DNA from: a virus
DNA: 40,074 nucleotides
IMG/VR virus record: IMGVR_UViG_3300029743_000013
Coordinates: 1 to 40,074 of that record
Direction: 5' to 3' (one strand)
Positions 21,147 to 29,059 of this stretch are shown here, in pieces; position 1 is the stretch's first letter, and every line of letters begins with the position of its first letter. The position numbers and the translations under genes are program-made. Below the pieces are notes generated by a model. The model made no database searches, was not told the origin of the DNA, and saw nothing but the letters and a program-made list of their open reading frames with translations.

Positions 21147-22628
21147 TCATTTTTTATACCTTCTGACAAATAACAATGATCCGTCCAATTTAAGTGCCAT
21201 GACATCAAAATCAAAATTAAGATTTCTCATAGCCCTTGCATCAAGGATTTCGATAAGTGTTCTAATGTCGAATTCACGTCCACACTGCATCACAGCTCCG
21301 CCGGGATTATTCTTAATTTGTTGTATCGCCGTTCGTAGCGCCGAATCTGCCGCTTTTTCAGTTGAAATGCTTTTTAATTCCCACAGCTTTCCACGCCACA
21401 GGTAGTCTGGGGTTTTTATTCCCTGCACATTTGCTTCTTTCAACAGAACAATCTTACCGCCAAATTGATTCCGAATTTGGTTTGCAACTTCAATTTCATC
21501 CTTATGGTCTTTTGCGCGATAACCGTTTTCATATCGCATTTTGCCTATGCGTGGAGTGGCGCTTTCATTATATTTTTTTGTTATATCTTTTGCCGTGCTT
21601 TTGAACCCACTATGATACGGCGAAATTGGTCTTGCGCCATATCCTCGCTTCGATGCCTCCCATTGCGCATAAGTCATGTCCGAGATTAACCCATCTCGCG
21701 ATCTTCGTAGCCCGTTTGATGTATCCACCCTATCCACATCCGCAATCAGCGTGCATCGGCAGTTATACACGAGGTAACCTGGCGCGGAAGTGTCCCCGGG
21801 GAACATGATCTCGTTCCCATCGGCCTTAAACGGCTTGTCAATATCTACCGTCTGACCGTCCAGCATGGCGTGAGCGTGTCGCGTGCGATTGTCCAGCGTC
21901 GCAAGCCATTGTTTCCTGAGCTTGACGCCCATCTTCTCCGCCGCCGCGTAGCTGTCCATGCGTCCGGCGTTCTGTGCTCCTGTCACGGCGGTTCTGGCCG
22001 TGCGGATGGCGGAATCGCGGCTCATAGTGGTAATGCGCATTTGCAGGTCGTCCGCCATGTGCTTGATGCTTTTGCCCTGCAAGATGGAACTGGTGACACT
22101 GGCCGTAATTTGTTTCTTGCCATACGCGAGATCAATGCCGCGTTTCAGCGCTCTGTCCTTCGGATAGTACGGCATCAACCCCGGCTGCTCCACGATCAGG
22201 CGTTTCACTGTCTGCTCGTCCCACAGGTCAAATCCAATGTCCCCGGCCACGCTCTCGATGGTGTACGCCGCATAGTTGCGGTTGAAGGAGTAGATACCGG
22301 GCGTTGCGTCGTTGGTGTAAGACACCGCCACGGCGTTTGCGTTGGTCACGCGCTGCGCTACCTTATCCCGCATGGCCTGATAGCGTTCCCCACGTCCGAT
22401 CTGATTGAGTCGCCATTGCTTATAGTCGGCTTCCGTCCATTCTTTACCGTTCTGCACAGTGCCGATCAGAGATTTCATTTCTTCGTCGCGCTTGGCAAAC
22501 TGCTCAAAGTATGTATCAATGGTCGCTTGCAGATCTTTCCCAGCCTCACGGTACAGCTTTGCAATGCGCCGTTCCAGTTTCGCAAGCTCTTGATCGGTCA
22601 GCTTGTGGCCAAGATCACTGGTCGCCAT
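21147..22628 (-). CDS. MuF/SPP1 gp7-family minor head protein with C-terminal toxin-like (PD-(D/E)xK-like) domain
   Basis: ATG 22628 after GGTGAT (track start TTG 22634). The MuF core includes YNCRCTLIADVD. The C-terminal ~150 aa are AT-rich and carry DEIEVAN...TPDYLWRGKLWELK. Confidence 0.85.
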   Translation of the reverse strand: MATSDLGHKLTDQELAKLERRIAKLYREAGKDLQATIDTYFEQFAKRDEEMKSLIGTVQNGKEWTEADYKQWRLNQIGRGERYQAMRDKVAQRVTNANAVAVSYTNDATPGIYSFNRNYAAYTIESVAGDIGFDLWDEQTVKRLIVEQPGLMPYYPKDRALKRGIDLAYGKKQITASVTSSILQGKSIKHMADDLQMRITTMSRDSAIRTARTAVTGAQNAGRMDSYAAAEKMGVKLRKQWLATLDNRTRHAHAMLDGQTVDIDKPFKADGNEIMFPGDTSAPGYLVYNCRCTLIADVDRVDTSNGLRRSRDGLISDMTYAQWEASKRGYGARPISPYHSGFKSTAKDITKKYNESATPRIGKMRYENGYRAKDHKDEIEVANQIRNQFGGKIVLLKEANVQGIKTPDYLWRGKLWELKSISTEKAADSALRTAIQQIKNNPGGAVMQCGREFDIRTLIEILDARAMRNLNFDFDVMALKLDGSLLFVRRYKK

Positions 22629-23952
22629 CGTCAATCACCGGCTCAGTCAAATCGATCACCTCTGCTGCCTTGCGCTTCATCATATCCTCATATTGGTCAA
22701 TGTCACCGTTGATCGTCAGAAGCTTCTTTGTGATGTATTCGTCATCGTAATACGCCGCGCCCAGAAGGACGTTCTGCGTTTCCTCGCTCTTGTTGATGAT
22801 CTGATTGCGCGTGTAGCTCGGCTTGTCTTCAATGCCTGCCAGGCGCAGAATCTCAACAATAAACCGCGTGACCTCGGATTCAAACTTGTCCGTCTTCAAA
22901 TCCAGAGGCACATAGCTGGCCTTAATTGCCGTTGCAGTCTGATTCCCAGCGGACACAGCCAAAGCGTCAAAGCACTGGAAATCCTCGTACAGCTTCTTCT
23001 TGAGCATATCAATGGTGCTGCTGGTGCCCTCATAGGGGGCCTCGATGGTTTTACTCTCCACCTTTGCGCCGTCATCGCCGTTGGCGTGGGCAACGTGCGT
23101 GGTTTTCAAGCGCTCCACAAATTTCGCATCGTCCAGATCGTCCATGCCGTTGCAGTTAGAAAGCACCCAATAGATTAGGTTGCCCTCATCCACATTGTTG
23201 ACCATGTTAGAGGACGCCAGATCCAGCGCGTCAATGGTGTTGCGCTTGCCGACGATCTCGGAAAGACACCGCTTGTTGTTTTTCAGTGGCACGATTGGGA
23301 AACTCGGATAATTGCCGCCGTCATAGATTTCGGTTTCACCGACATCAGCCTTGCGCTCGATCAGCTTATAGCTACGCTTCGGCTGCATGACGTCCATATC
23401 CTCGCCGCTGGGCTGGAAATATTCGGTAAAGCCGTCGATCTCATACAGCGTCGCTCTCAACGGCTTATCCTGTGCCACCTGCCAGAACCGGATACCGGCT
23501 TTCATCGCGCCGTCCTCCTCATCGTAGAGGGGGACAAACTCAAGCAGGGAGAACACGCGCAAATGCGTCAAATCCCAAAAGCCGAAGGACACGCCTGCAA
23601 TTTTTGCCTCACGTGCTGCATCCATGACTTCTTGATCGAAGTCCGGGCACAGTTTGTTCGGTGTTTCCTTCTCCGCAAAAGTTACGCCGTTGCCCAGCAG
23701 ATACGAGACTTCCTGATCCACCGCCAAGCCAAAGAACCGACTGGCCAGCTTGTGGTTTGCCGTCCACATATCCGTGTGGGCGCGACCCTGCATATCGTAG
23801 ATGATTTTTTCATAGCGGTTAATGGTTGGATTCAGACCGTTATAGTATTCCTCCGCATCCACCGCCGTCTTATATGCGTGGGATTCGCGATGCGCGTTGA
23901 TCGCGCTGCGGATAAACTCCATCCGCGCCTTTTCGTCCTCGCCCACCGCCAC
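22615..23952 (-). CDS. portal protein (SPP1 gp6-like)
   Basis: 445-aa track ORF with a GTG start. ATG 23922 (MEFIRSAINAHRE..), preceded by AAAGG, is a plausible true start. Confidence 0.88.
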   Translation of the reverse strand: MAVGEDEKARMEFIRSAINAHRESHAYKTAVDAEEYYNGLNPTINRYEKIIYDMQGRAHTDMWTANHKLASRFFGLAVDQEVSYLLGNGVTFAEKETPNKLCPDFDQEVMDAAREAKIAGVSFGFWDLTHLRVFSLLEFVPLYDEEDGAMKAGIRFWQVAQDKPLRATLYEIDGFTEYFQPSGEDMDVMQPKRSYKLIERKADVGETEIYDGGNYPSFPIVPLKNNKRCLSEIVGKRNTIDALDLASSNMVNNVDEGNLIYWVLSNCNGMDDLDDAKFVERLKTTHVAHANGDDGAKVESKTIEAPYEGTSSTIDMLKKKLYEDFQCFDALAVSAGNQTATAIKASYVPLDLKTDKFESEVTRFIVEILRLAGIEDKPSYTRNQIINKSEETQNVLLGAAYYDDEYITKKLLTINGDIDQYEDMMKRKAAEVIDLTEPVIDDGDQ

Positions 23953-23986
23953 AAGGTCATTATATGTCTTAATCTCCGCTCACCCC

Positions 23987-25252
23987 TTATCTCAGAATGG
24001 AAACATAATCGGAGCTGTCGCGCTTGTTCCACAACCGCTTTACGATGCTGGCCGCGCTGTCCGGCGCGTCATCATGCTCCGCGTTCTCGTTGTAATCGCA
24101 AATCTGGTCGATATACGCATTATCCGTACCAGCCACAAAAACCACATTGCGCCATTCCGCCTTGAGATAGCTTGTGATTTTAAGGAACTTATTCATGTTC
24201 TCGTGATAGGTAACAGCCCGTTCGCCCTTTGCACGCAGCGCCTTTGCCAGATAGCCCTTGTCCGCGTTGGTCTCGCAGTAAATCTCCCCAGCGTTGAAGC
24301 ATTTCCGCAATCGGACAATCTCGTCCATGCAATCGTCCACGTGCTTATGCCAAAGCCGCCCGTAGAGGTAATATGTTGTCCCCTTTTTCCGGGCAATCGT
24401 GAACGCCGTGTAGTCATCGCCACCGTATGCCGCGTCGATATGGCAAATGCCCTGCTCTGCAAGGCAAGGCTCCGCGCCCATCTGCGGCGTGTCAAAGATT
24501 ACATCGTCGCTGGCTATATGCCGCAACTCGTAGTTCGCCGCAAACAGGGATGACGTCATGGACGATTTGATGGTTTGCAATTCATCCACAGAGATCAGCC
24601 CAGTTGAATAACAATCGTGCTTTTCGATATTCGGCATCATGGAAAACGCGTCTTCCTTATGCCAGGGTGTGCCGGTGTTGAAAATGCGACCGCCACGGTT
24701 GCGGATGTTCTGCAGCTCCTGATAGATCGTTTTTGTATGATCCCGTTCTGCGCGAGAAATACGGTCCTGTACGTTTACAATATCGTCCGTGAATATGCGG
24801 TCGAAATGCTTACCGGTCAGGGAACCGTTCACGCCGCACGCCACAAGCTGGCTCGTGCCCTTGTTATCCGCTGCCAAATTTGTGGAAATCTCCGTTGCGG
24901 ATACCGTCGTCAAAATCAGCGGTTTCCCGTGGATCTTCTCGCACAGTGCCTCCATGTATGGCGATAGCAGCAGATTCCGCACCTGCCGCACAACCTCTTT
25001 CACGTCCGCATCCGTTTTTCGCATAAACAGCGTTTTGAGATTCGGCAGAAGAACGATGATCTCCGCTAGCGCAATCGAAACGCACGTTGTTTTATAACTG
25101 CCACGGTGCGCCTGCAAGGTTTTGTCCTCGTTCCCGCGCACCATATCCTGTATCCATACGTTGTGCAGCGCATCCAGCTTATTAAACCCAACAGCATGAC
25201 CGAACGCGATGGGGTTATGTATCAGCAGTTCCGCCGCTTGTATCCGCGTCAT
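23987..25252 (-). CDS. terL: terminase large subunit
   Basis: Walker A-like AHRGSYKTT, and a nuclease half with ..HIDAAYGGDDYTAF... 421 aa. Confidence 0.92.
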   Translation of the reverse strand: MTRIQAAELLIHNPIAFGHAVGFNKLDALHNVWIQDMVRGNEDKTLQAHRGSYKTTCVSIALAEIIVLLPNLKTLFMRKTDADVKEVVRQVRNLLLSPYMEALCEKIHGKPLILTTVSATEISTNLAADNKGTSQLVACGVNGSLTGKHFDRIFTDDIVNVQDRISRAERDHTKTIYQELQNIRNRGGRIFNTGTPWHKEDAFSMMPNIEKHDCYSTGLISVDELQTIKSSMTSSLFAANYELRHIASDDVIFDTPQMGAEPCLAEQGICHIDAAYGGDDYTAFTIARKKGTTYYLYGRLWHKHVDDCMDEIVRLRKCFNAGEIYCETNADKGYLAKALRAKGERAVTYHENMNKFLKITSYLKAEWRNVVFVAGTDNAYIDQICDYNENAEHDDAPDSAASIVKRLWNKRDSSDYVSILR

Positions 25253-25595
25253 TCTGCATCACCATCTTCTCCAACTCGTCCAATGCAATGCCCTTCGCGT
25301 CCGTCACCGCCACGTCCACGCTGTCACGCTGCCCCAAAAACTGTTTGCCGAGGAAAATCGCCATTGTAGCGTTTTTTTCAGCCAATCTCCACTGGCTCCG
25401 CCGCAGTGAAATTTTCCCCGCTCCTCGCTTTTGTTTAAATACCTCGGAAAAACTGGCATGATAGGTGCGTTTACACCAACTATCCAGCGTTTTATCGGTC
25501 ACATCAAACCAACCGCAGATTTCCTCAAGCGTGCATTGCAGGCCGCAGAGGTTTTCGAATTGCTTCTGATCTATTTCCTTTCTTGGCCTTGCCAT
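25215..25595 (-). CDS. terS: terminase small subunit
   Basis: MARPRKEIDQKQFENLCGLQCTLEEICGWFDVTDKTLDSWCKR is an HTH-type terS N-terminus. AAAGGAGGG RBS. Confidence 0.85.
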   Translation of the reverse strand: MARPRKEIDQKQFENLCGLQCTLEEICGWFDVTDKTLDSWCKRTYHASFSEVFKQKRGAGKISLRRSQWRLAEKNATMAIFLGKQFLGQRDSVDVAVTDAKGIALDELEKMVMQNDADTSGGTADT

Positions 25596-25687
25596 ACGTG
25601 CCCTCCTTTCTCTGCTGGCGTTTAATAAACTTCTCCATGTCCCGCTTCAAATACGGGCTGTCTGTTTTGGCAATAATCGCCTGTGCT

Positions 25688-26923
25688 TCATCTATCGTCA
25701 TTTCCCAAGCTTCGAACGATTGCCCATTCCCGCTCCGACAACTTCCAAATATCCGTGTTGACCTTTTCCGCAGCAGCCTTTTCCGCAGCAGCCTTTTCCG
25801 CAGCAGCCTTTTCCGCAGCAGCCTTTTCCGATAGCAAAAAGCCGGAGCCGAACAAGCCTTTCCCCGACGCTTTCTGTGAGTCAAGTGCGCGGATAAAATG
25901 TGCATCTCTTTCGCTAATTTCAAGGCTTACGCCGTGAGCTGCCATATAACACAGCATCGTTGCTGTCAAAACCTCGTCTGGATATGAGTATTTCGGCAGT
26001 TCTCTGTGCAACTTTTTGAGATTCTTTTTGTTCTCGTCATCCAGTATTTCTCTTAAATCAGCAGCAGCGACAATCTTATTGCCCCCCATGTTGGTAACAA
26101 ACGACGTATTGACAGACGCGCCGTTTTCATACACAACTCCGCACCCGCACGCCACATAGTTTGCCGAGCCTCGCATAATTCCGAGGAGCGTAAGCGTCGG
26201 AGCAAACAGAAAAAAGTTGATTCTCTTGCTTGTGTACCACTCGCAGATTTCTGAAATAATGGAAAAAGGTGGATTGTCTATCACAACACACCCGGAAGGG
26301 TATTTCTCGCTTTTATAATCTCCGCCCGGATAAAACGGGCGCACAATCGCGGCATTGCCAATTTCGTACTTCTCAGCCGCCCAATCTCTTACTGCGTCGT
26401 AGATGTTATCTGGCGTGTAGCAATCGTCCGTTGTTTTCTTCGCTTCAAACTTTTTCAGAAACTCTTGATATTCTTCGTCATCGTCCGAAAGTTCCCCGCG
26501 CTCCATTCGTTCTCTAAATTCCTGTTCACGTTCTTCGTTAGTAAGTTCCGTTTCGTCGGTATCTCGGAAATCCCAGTCAAAATCAAACGCCGACAAATCC
26601 AGCCCAGGCAGCTCGTCAGCCAGGAGGTCAAAGTCCCAGTCGCTCTCGTTGCTTTTATTATCCACCAGCCGCAGGGCGTTCACCTGCTCCGGTGTCAGAT
26701 CATCCACGCAGACACAGGGCACTTCTTCCATGCCCAGCTTCTTTGCCGCCATAGCGCGGCAGTGGCCAATTACAATAACACCATCTCGGTCAATCACAAT
26801 CGGCTGCACGAACCCGTACTGTTTAATGCTTTCGGCCACATTGTTGATTTGCCGTCTGTCGTGCTTCTTGGCATTTGCAGCATACGGCATAATATCCGCC
26901 AGCCGCTTGTTTTTTACTTCCAT
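25688..26923 (-). CDS. ParB-like nuclease domain fused to N6-adenine DNA methyltransferase
   Basis: ATG 26923 after AAAGGAGG. ParB-N motif VQPIVIDRDGVIVIGHCR, methyltransferase motif IV VVIDNPPF, and a C-terminal (EKAAA)x4. Confidence 0.85.
   Translation of the reverse strand: MEVKNKRLADIMPYAANAKKHDRRQINNVAESIKQYGFVQPIVIDRDGVIVIGHCRAMAAKKLGMEEVPCVCVDDLTPEQVNALRLVDNKSNESDWDFDLLADELPGLDLSAFDFDWDFRDTDETELTNEEREQEFRERMERGELSDDDEEYQEFLKKFEAKKTTDDCYTPDNIYDAVRDWAAEKYEIGNAAIVRPFYPGGDYKSEKYPSGCVVIDNPPFSIISEICEWYTSKRINFFLFAPTLTLLGIMRGSANYVACGCGVVYENGASVNTSFVTNMGGNKIVAAADLREILDDENKKNLKKLHRELPKYSYPDEVLTATMLCYMAAHGVSLEISERDAHFIRALDSQKASGKGLFGSGFLLSEKAAAEKAAAEKAAAEKAAAEKVNTDIWKLSEREWAIVRSLGNDDR
25762..25829. 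repeat. 15-nt tandem repeat x4 (gcagcagccttttcc), coding (EKAAA)n
   Basis: Perfect units at 25770, 25785, 25800 and 25815. Confidence 0.95.
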
Positions 26924-27191
26924 GTGGCCTCCTTTTTCTGACGCACCGGCCTCCCACCACTGGTCTTTGTCATTGGCACGTCTTTCCCAGGCTTTCGCCA
27001 CACCCTAATGCTAATTTTTGCGCGTTTTCCCCGTCAGGGCGGAGCCGCCGCCCCGCCCCACAGGGTAGAAAAGAGGGGAAAAGAAATGAATCGGCACGGG
27101 CAGGTTGCCCCTGCATATCCAGCATACCTATATGTATATCTCCCGCGCACCCCTCAAACGAAAAATTTTTTTATATTTTTCATTCCCCCTC

Positions 27192-27220
27192 TTGACATAC
27201 CACGCAATGCGTGGTAATAT
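27192..27220 (+). promoter_or_regulatory. consensus promoter (TTGACA-17-TAATAT) with a 6-3-6 palindrome in the spacer
   Basis: TTGACA at 27192-27197 and TAATAT at 27215-27220. The spacer contains ccacgc-aat-gcgtgg (27200-27214). An A/T-rich UP-like tract lies upstream. Confidence 0.6.
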
Positions 27221-27275
27221 ATAGACAGATCAAGAAACAGTGCAGCCGCACAGCGGCAGAAAGAGGAGGAACATC

Positions 27276-27509
27276 ATGAAGAAGCTTATCGACACCGCCA
27301 CCAACACCACGATCTGTGAGATCGTATCCAACCACAGCATGACGCTGGACGAGGCCATCGAATGCGCCGGCGGCGAGATCATCAACGATGCCAACGATGA
27401 GCGCTGGTCCCCGGAGGAAAACGTCATCATCGACGGCGTGTACTACTGCTACGACGATCTGGATCTGGTCTACATCCCCGACGAGATCTCCCCCGCCGCC
27501 CACCGCTGA
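27276..27509 (+). CDS. 77-aa strongly acidic protein (cassette gene A)
   Basis: AGAGGAGGA sits 6 nt before ATG 27276. MKKLIDTATNTTICEIVSNHSMTLDEAIECAGGEIINDANDERWSPEENVIIDGVYYCYDDLDLVYIPDEISPAAHR. Confidence 0.7.
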   Translation: MKKLIDTATNTTICEIVSNHSMTLDEAIECAGGEIINDANDERWSPEENVIIDGVYYCYDDLDLVYIPDEISPAAHR

Positions 27510-27518
27510 CCACCCGCC

Positions 27519-28115
27519 ATGCGAACGAAAAAATGCATCACCTGCGGCAAGGTGTTCTCCACAGACCGCGCCGAGCAGGCGAAGTGTGATGACTGCCTTG
27601 CCGCCGCCAGATCCACCACCCTGCGCACCCGAACCTGCCACACCTGCGGGGCTGCCTTCACCGGCGGGCCCCGCGCCCGCTACTGTCCCACATGCCGGGC
27701 CGAGCGGCAGAAAGCCCGGGAGCGAAAGTACCAGGCCACCGGTTACTCCCGGCACCTGGGAGACATCGATAACTGCATGATCTGCGGCGGCGAGTATGTC
27801 ATCCGATCCGGCCTGCAGAAGTATTGCCCCAAATGCGCACCGGATGCCGTCCGCGAAATCGACCGTGCGCAGGCCAACCGCTGGAACGCCGAACACGATT
27901 ACCGCGCCAAGCGCCGTGAAACACCCCGCCGGGGCGTCAAGGTCTGTGTTGTCTGTGGCCGGGAAATCGTCCCCGGCACCCCCACCGTCACCTGCTCTCC
28001 GGAGTGCGCCGCCGCCCATCGGAAAGAGGCCCAGCTTCGCGCGGACGCCAAGCGCCGTGGCCAGAACAGGAAGAAATCGACGCCAACCGAAGCCAAAAAG
28101 GAGAAATTACCATGA
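27519..28115 (+). CDS. basic protein with four CxxC...CxxC zinc-ribbon modules (cassette gene B)
   Basis: CITC..CDDC, CHTC..CPTC, CMIC..CPKC, CVVC..CSPEC, and a Lys/Arg-rich tail. No obvious SD. Lies 9 nt after gene A. Confidence 0.65.
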   Translation: MRTKKCITCGKVFSTDRAEQAKCDDCLAAARSTTLRTRTCHTCGAAFTGGPRARYCPTCRAERQKARERKYQATGYSRHLGDIDNCMICGGEYVIRSGLQKYCPKCAPDAVREIDRAQANRWNAEHDYRAKRRETPRRGVKVCVVCGREIVPGTPTVTCSPECAAAHRKEAQLRADAKRRGQNRKKSTPTEAKKEKLP

Positions 28116-28453
28116 CCACCGACAAACTGTTCTACACCTTATTCGGCGACGCCATCACTTCGCCCGACCGAGACGCTTTTGTCTCCGACTGGTCGTTGTC
28201 CTCCGTCTGGGGCGATGCGTCGGATGCGGACATCCCCGCAGACCGCATCGATACGCTGGCGCGTCTCTGGGACGCCGCCCACCTGACGATCCGCGACATC
28301 CGGCAGCACACCGGACTATCCCAGGTGGCCTTTGCCACCCGCTACTGTATCCCCACCCGCACGCTGGAGGATTGGGAGCGCGGCGCACGGAGCTGCCCCG
28401 ACTACCTCCGCCTCCTGCTGGCACAGGCCACCGGCCTTTACACAAGACCATGA
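28112..28453 (+). CDS. HTH (XRE/MqsA-C-terminal-like) protein with acidic N-terminal domain (cassette gene C)
   Basis: ATGA overlap with gene B. IRDIRQHTGLSQVAFATRYCIPTRTLEDWERGARSCPDYL. Confidence 0.75.
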   Translation: MTTDKLFYTLFGDAITSPDRDAFVSDWSLSSVWGDASDADIPADRIDTLARLWDAAHLTIRDIRQHTGLSQVAFATRYCIPTRTLEDWERGARSCPDYLRLLLAQATGLYTRP

Positions 28454-28457
28454 CGAC

Positions 28458-28491
28458 AAAAAGAGGACACCATGTAGGTGTCCTCTTTTTT
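28458..28491. terminator. bidirectional rho-independent terminator
   Basis: aaaagaggacacc / atgta / ggtgtcctctttt, with an A-run before and a T-run after. It lies between convergent genes. Confidence 0.85.
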
Positions 28492-28563
28492 AGGTTTCCA
28501 CGTCCTCATGAAAAACCGTCTCCCGCACGCAGCTTCCTAAGCCATTCTGGGAATTCGTTCATG

Positions 28564-28860
28564 TCAGAAATTCCTCCCCAATGCGCCCATGATCTTCTTG
28601 TCCACTTCCGTCAGTGTAACCAGCGCGTATTCCAAGTCATAATCCATCGGAGGAGGCCCCGGCAAATCGCACTGTATAATATCCTCTGGGAAAAACGTCT
28701 CCCGCACGCCCTTGCACTCCGCCACGATGTAGCGCCCCTTTGGGTGCACATACACCACCGTTGCCTTGCGCACGGGGTACTGTTTTTCGGCCTTTCCGGA
28801 GCCGGGGAACGGGTCCGGCATCGTCAGAAAGCGGGCGCGCACCGTATCATCGATCTGCAT
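28564..28860 (-). CDS. hypothetical early protein
   Basis: ATG 28860 preceded by GGAGGTG. MQIDDTVRARFLTMPDPFPGSGKAEKQYPVRKATVVYVHPKGRYIVAE... Confidence 0.65.
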   Translation of the reverse strand: MQIDDTVRARFLTMPDPFPGSGKAEKQYPVRKATVVYVHPKGRYIVAECKGVRETFFPEDIIQCDLPGPPPMDYDLEYALVTLTEVDKKIMGALGRNF

Positions 28861-29059
28861 GGCCGCACCTCCCATTCATGGCGTTCCACTTCCTGGTGGC
28901 ACAGGACTGGCTGTCACCGGAGACGGTGTAGCCGCAGCCGCCGCAGCGGACGTAGTAACGCAGGGGGACGTTGACGGATTCCTTGCGCTTGCCGCTGTCC
29001 ATGCCGCAGCGGGGGCAGGTGGACAAGTCTGTGATTGGTTTGCGGTTACGTGCGTTCAT
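28847..29059 (-). CDS. Lar-like zinc-ribbon protein (restriction-alleviation family candidate)
   Basis: CPRCG...YYVRCGGCGY...ATRKWN matches the Lar-family pattern from memory. Confidence 0.55.
   Translation of the reverse strand: MNARNRKPITDLSTCPRCGMDSGKRKESVNVPLRYYVRCGGCGYTVSGDSQSCATRKWNAMNGRCGHADR

Noticed and set aside
25525-25923. ORF with RLLRKRLLRK repeat
   Set aside because: It is an alternative frame of the (EKAAA)n 15-nt repeat, and it overlaps both terS and the ParB-MTase gene.
27008-27217. ORF MLIFARF... / internal MNRHGQVAPAYPAYLYVYLPRT... with an AGAGGGG SD
   Set aside because: It has odd composition (Pro/Tyr/Phe runs) and runs straight through the A/T tract and the cassette promoter. 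It is more likely regulatory DNA.
27180-28974. Long ORFs 27180..28019(-) 279 aa and 27796..28974(+) 392 aa
   Set aside because: They are Gly/Arg/Pro/Ala-rich shadow frames of a high-GC region. They have no RBS and overlap better-supported genes that carry clear motifs (CxxC modules, HTH).
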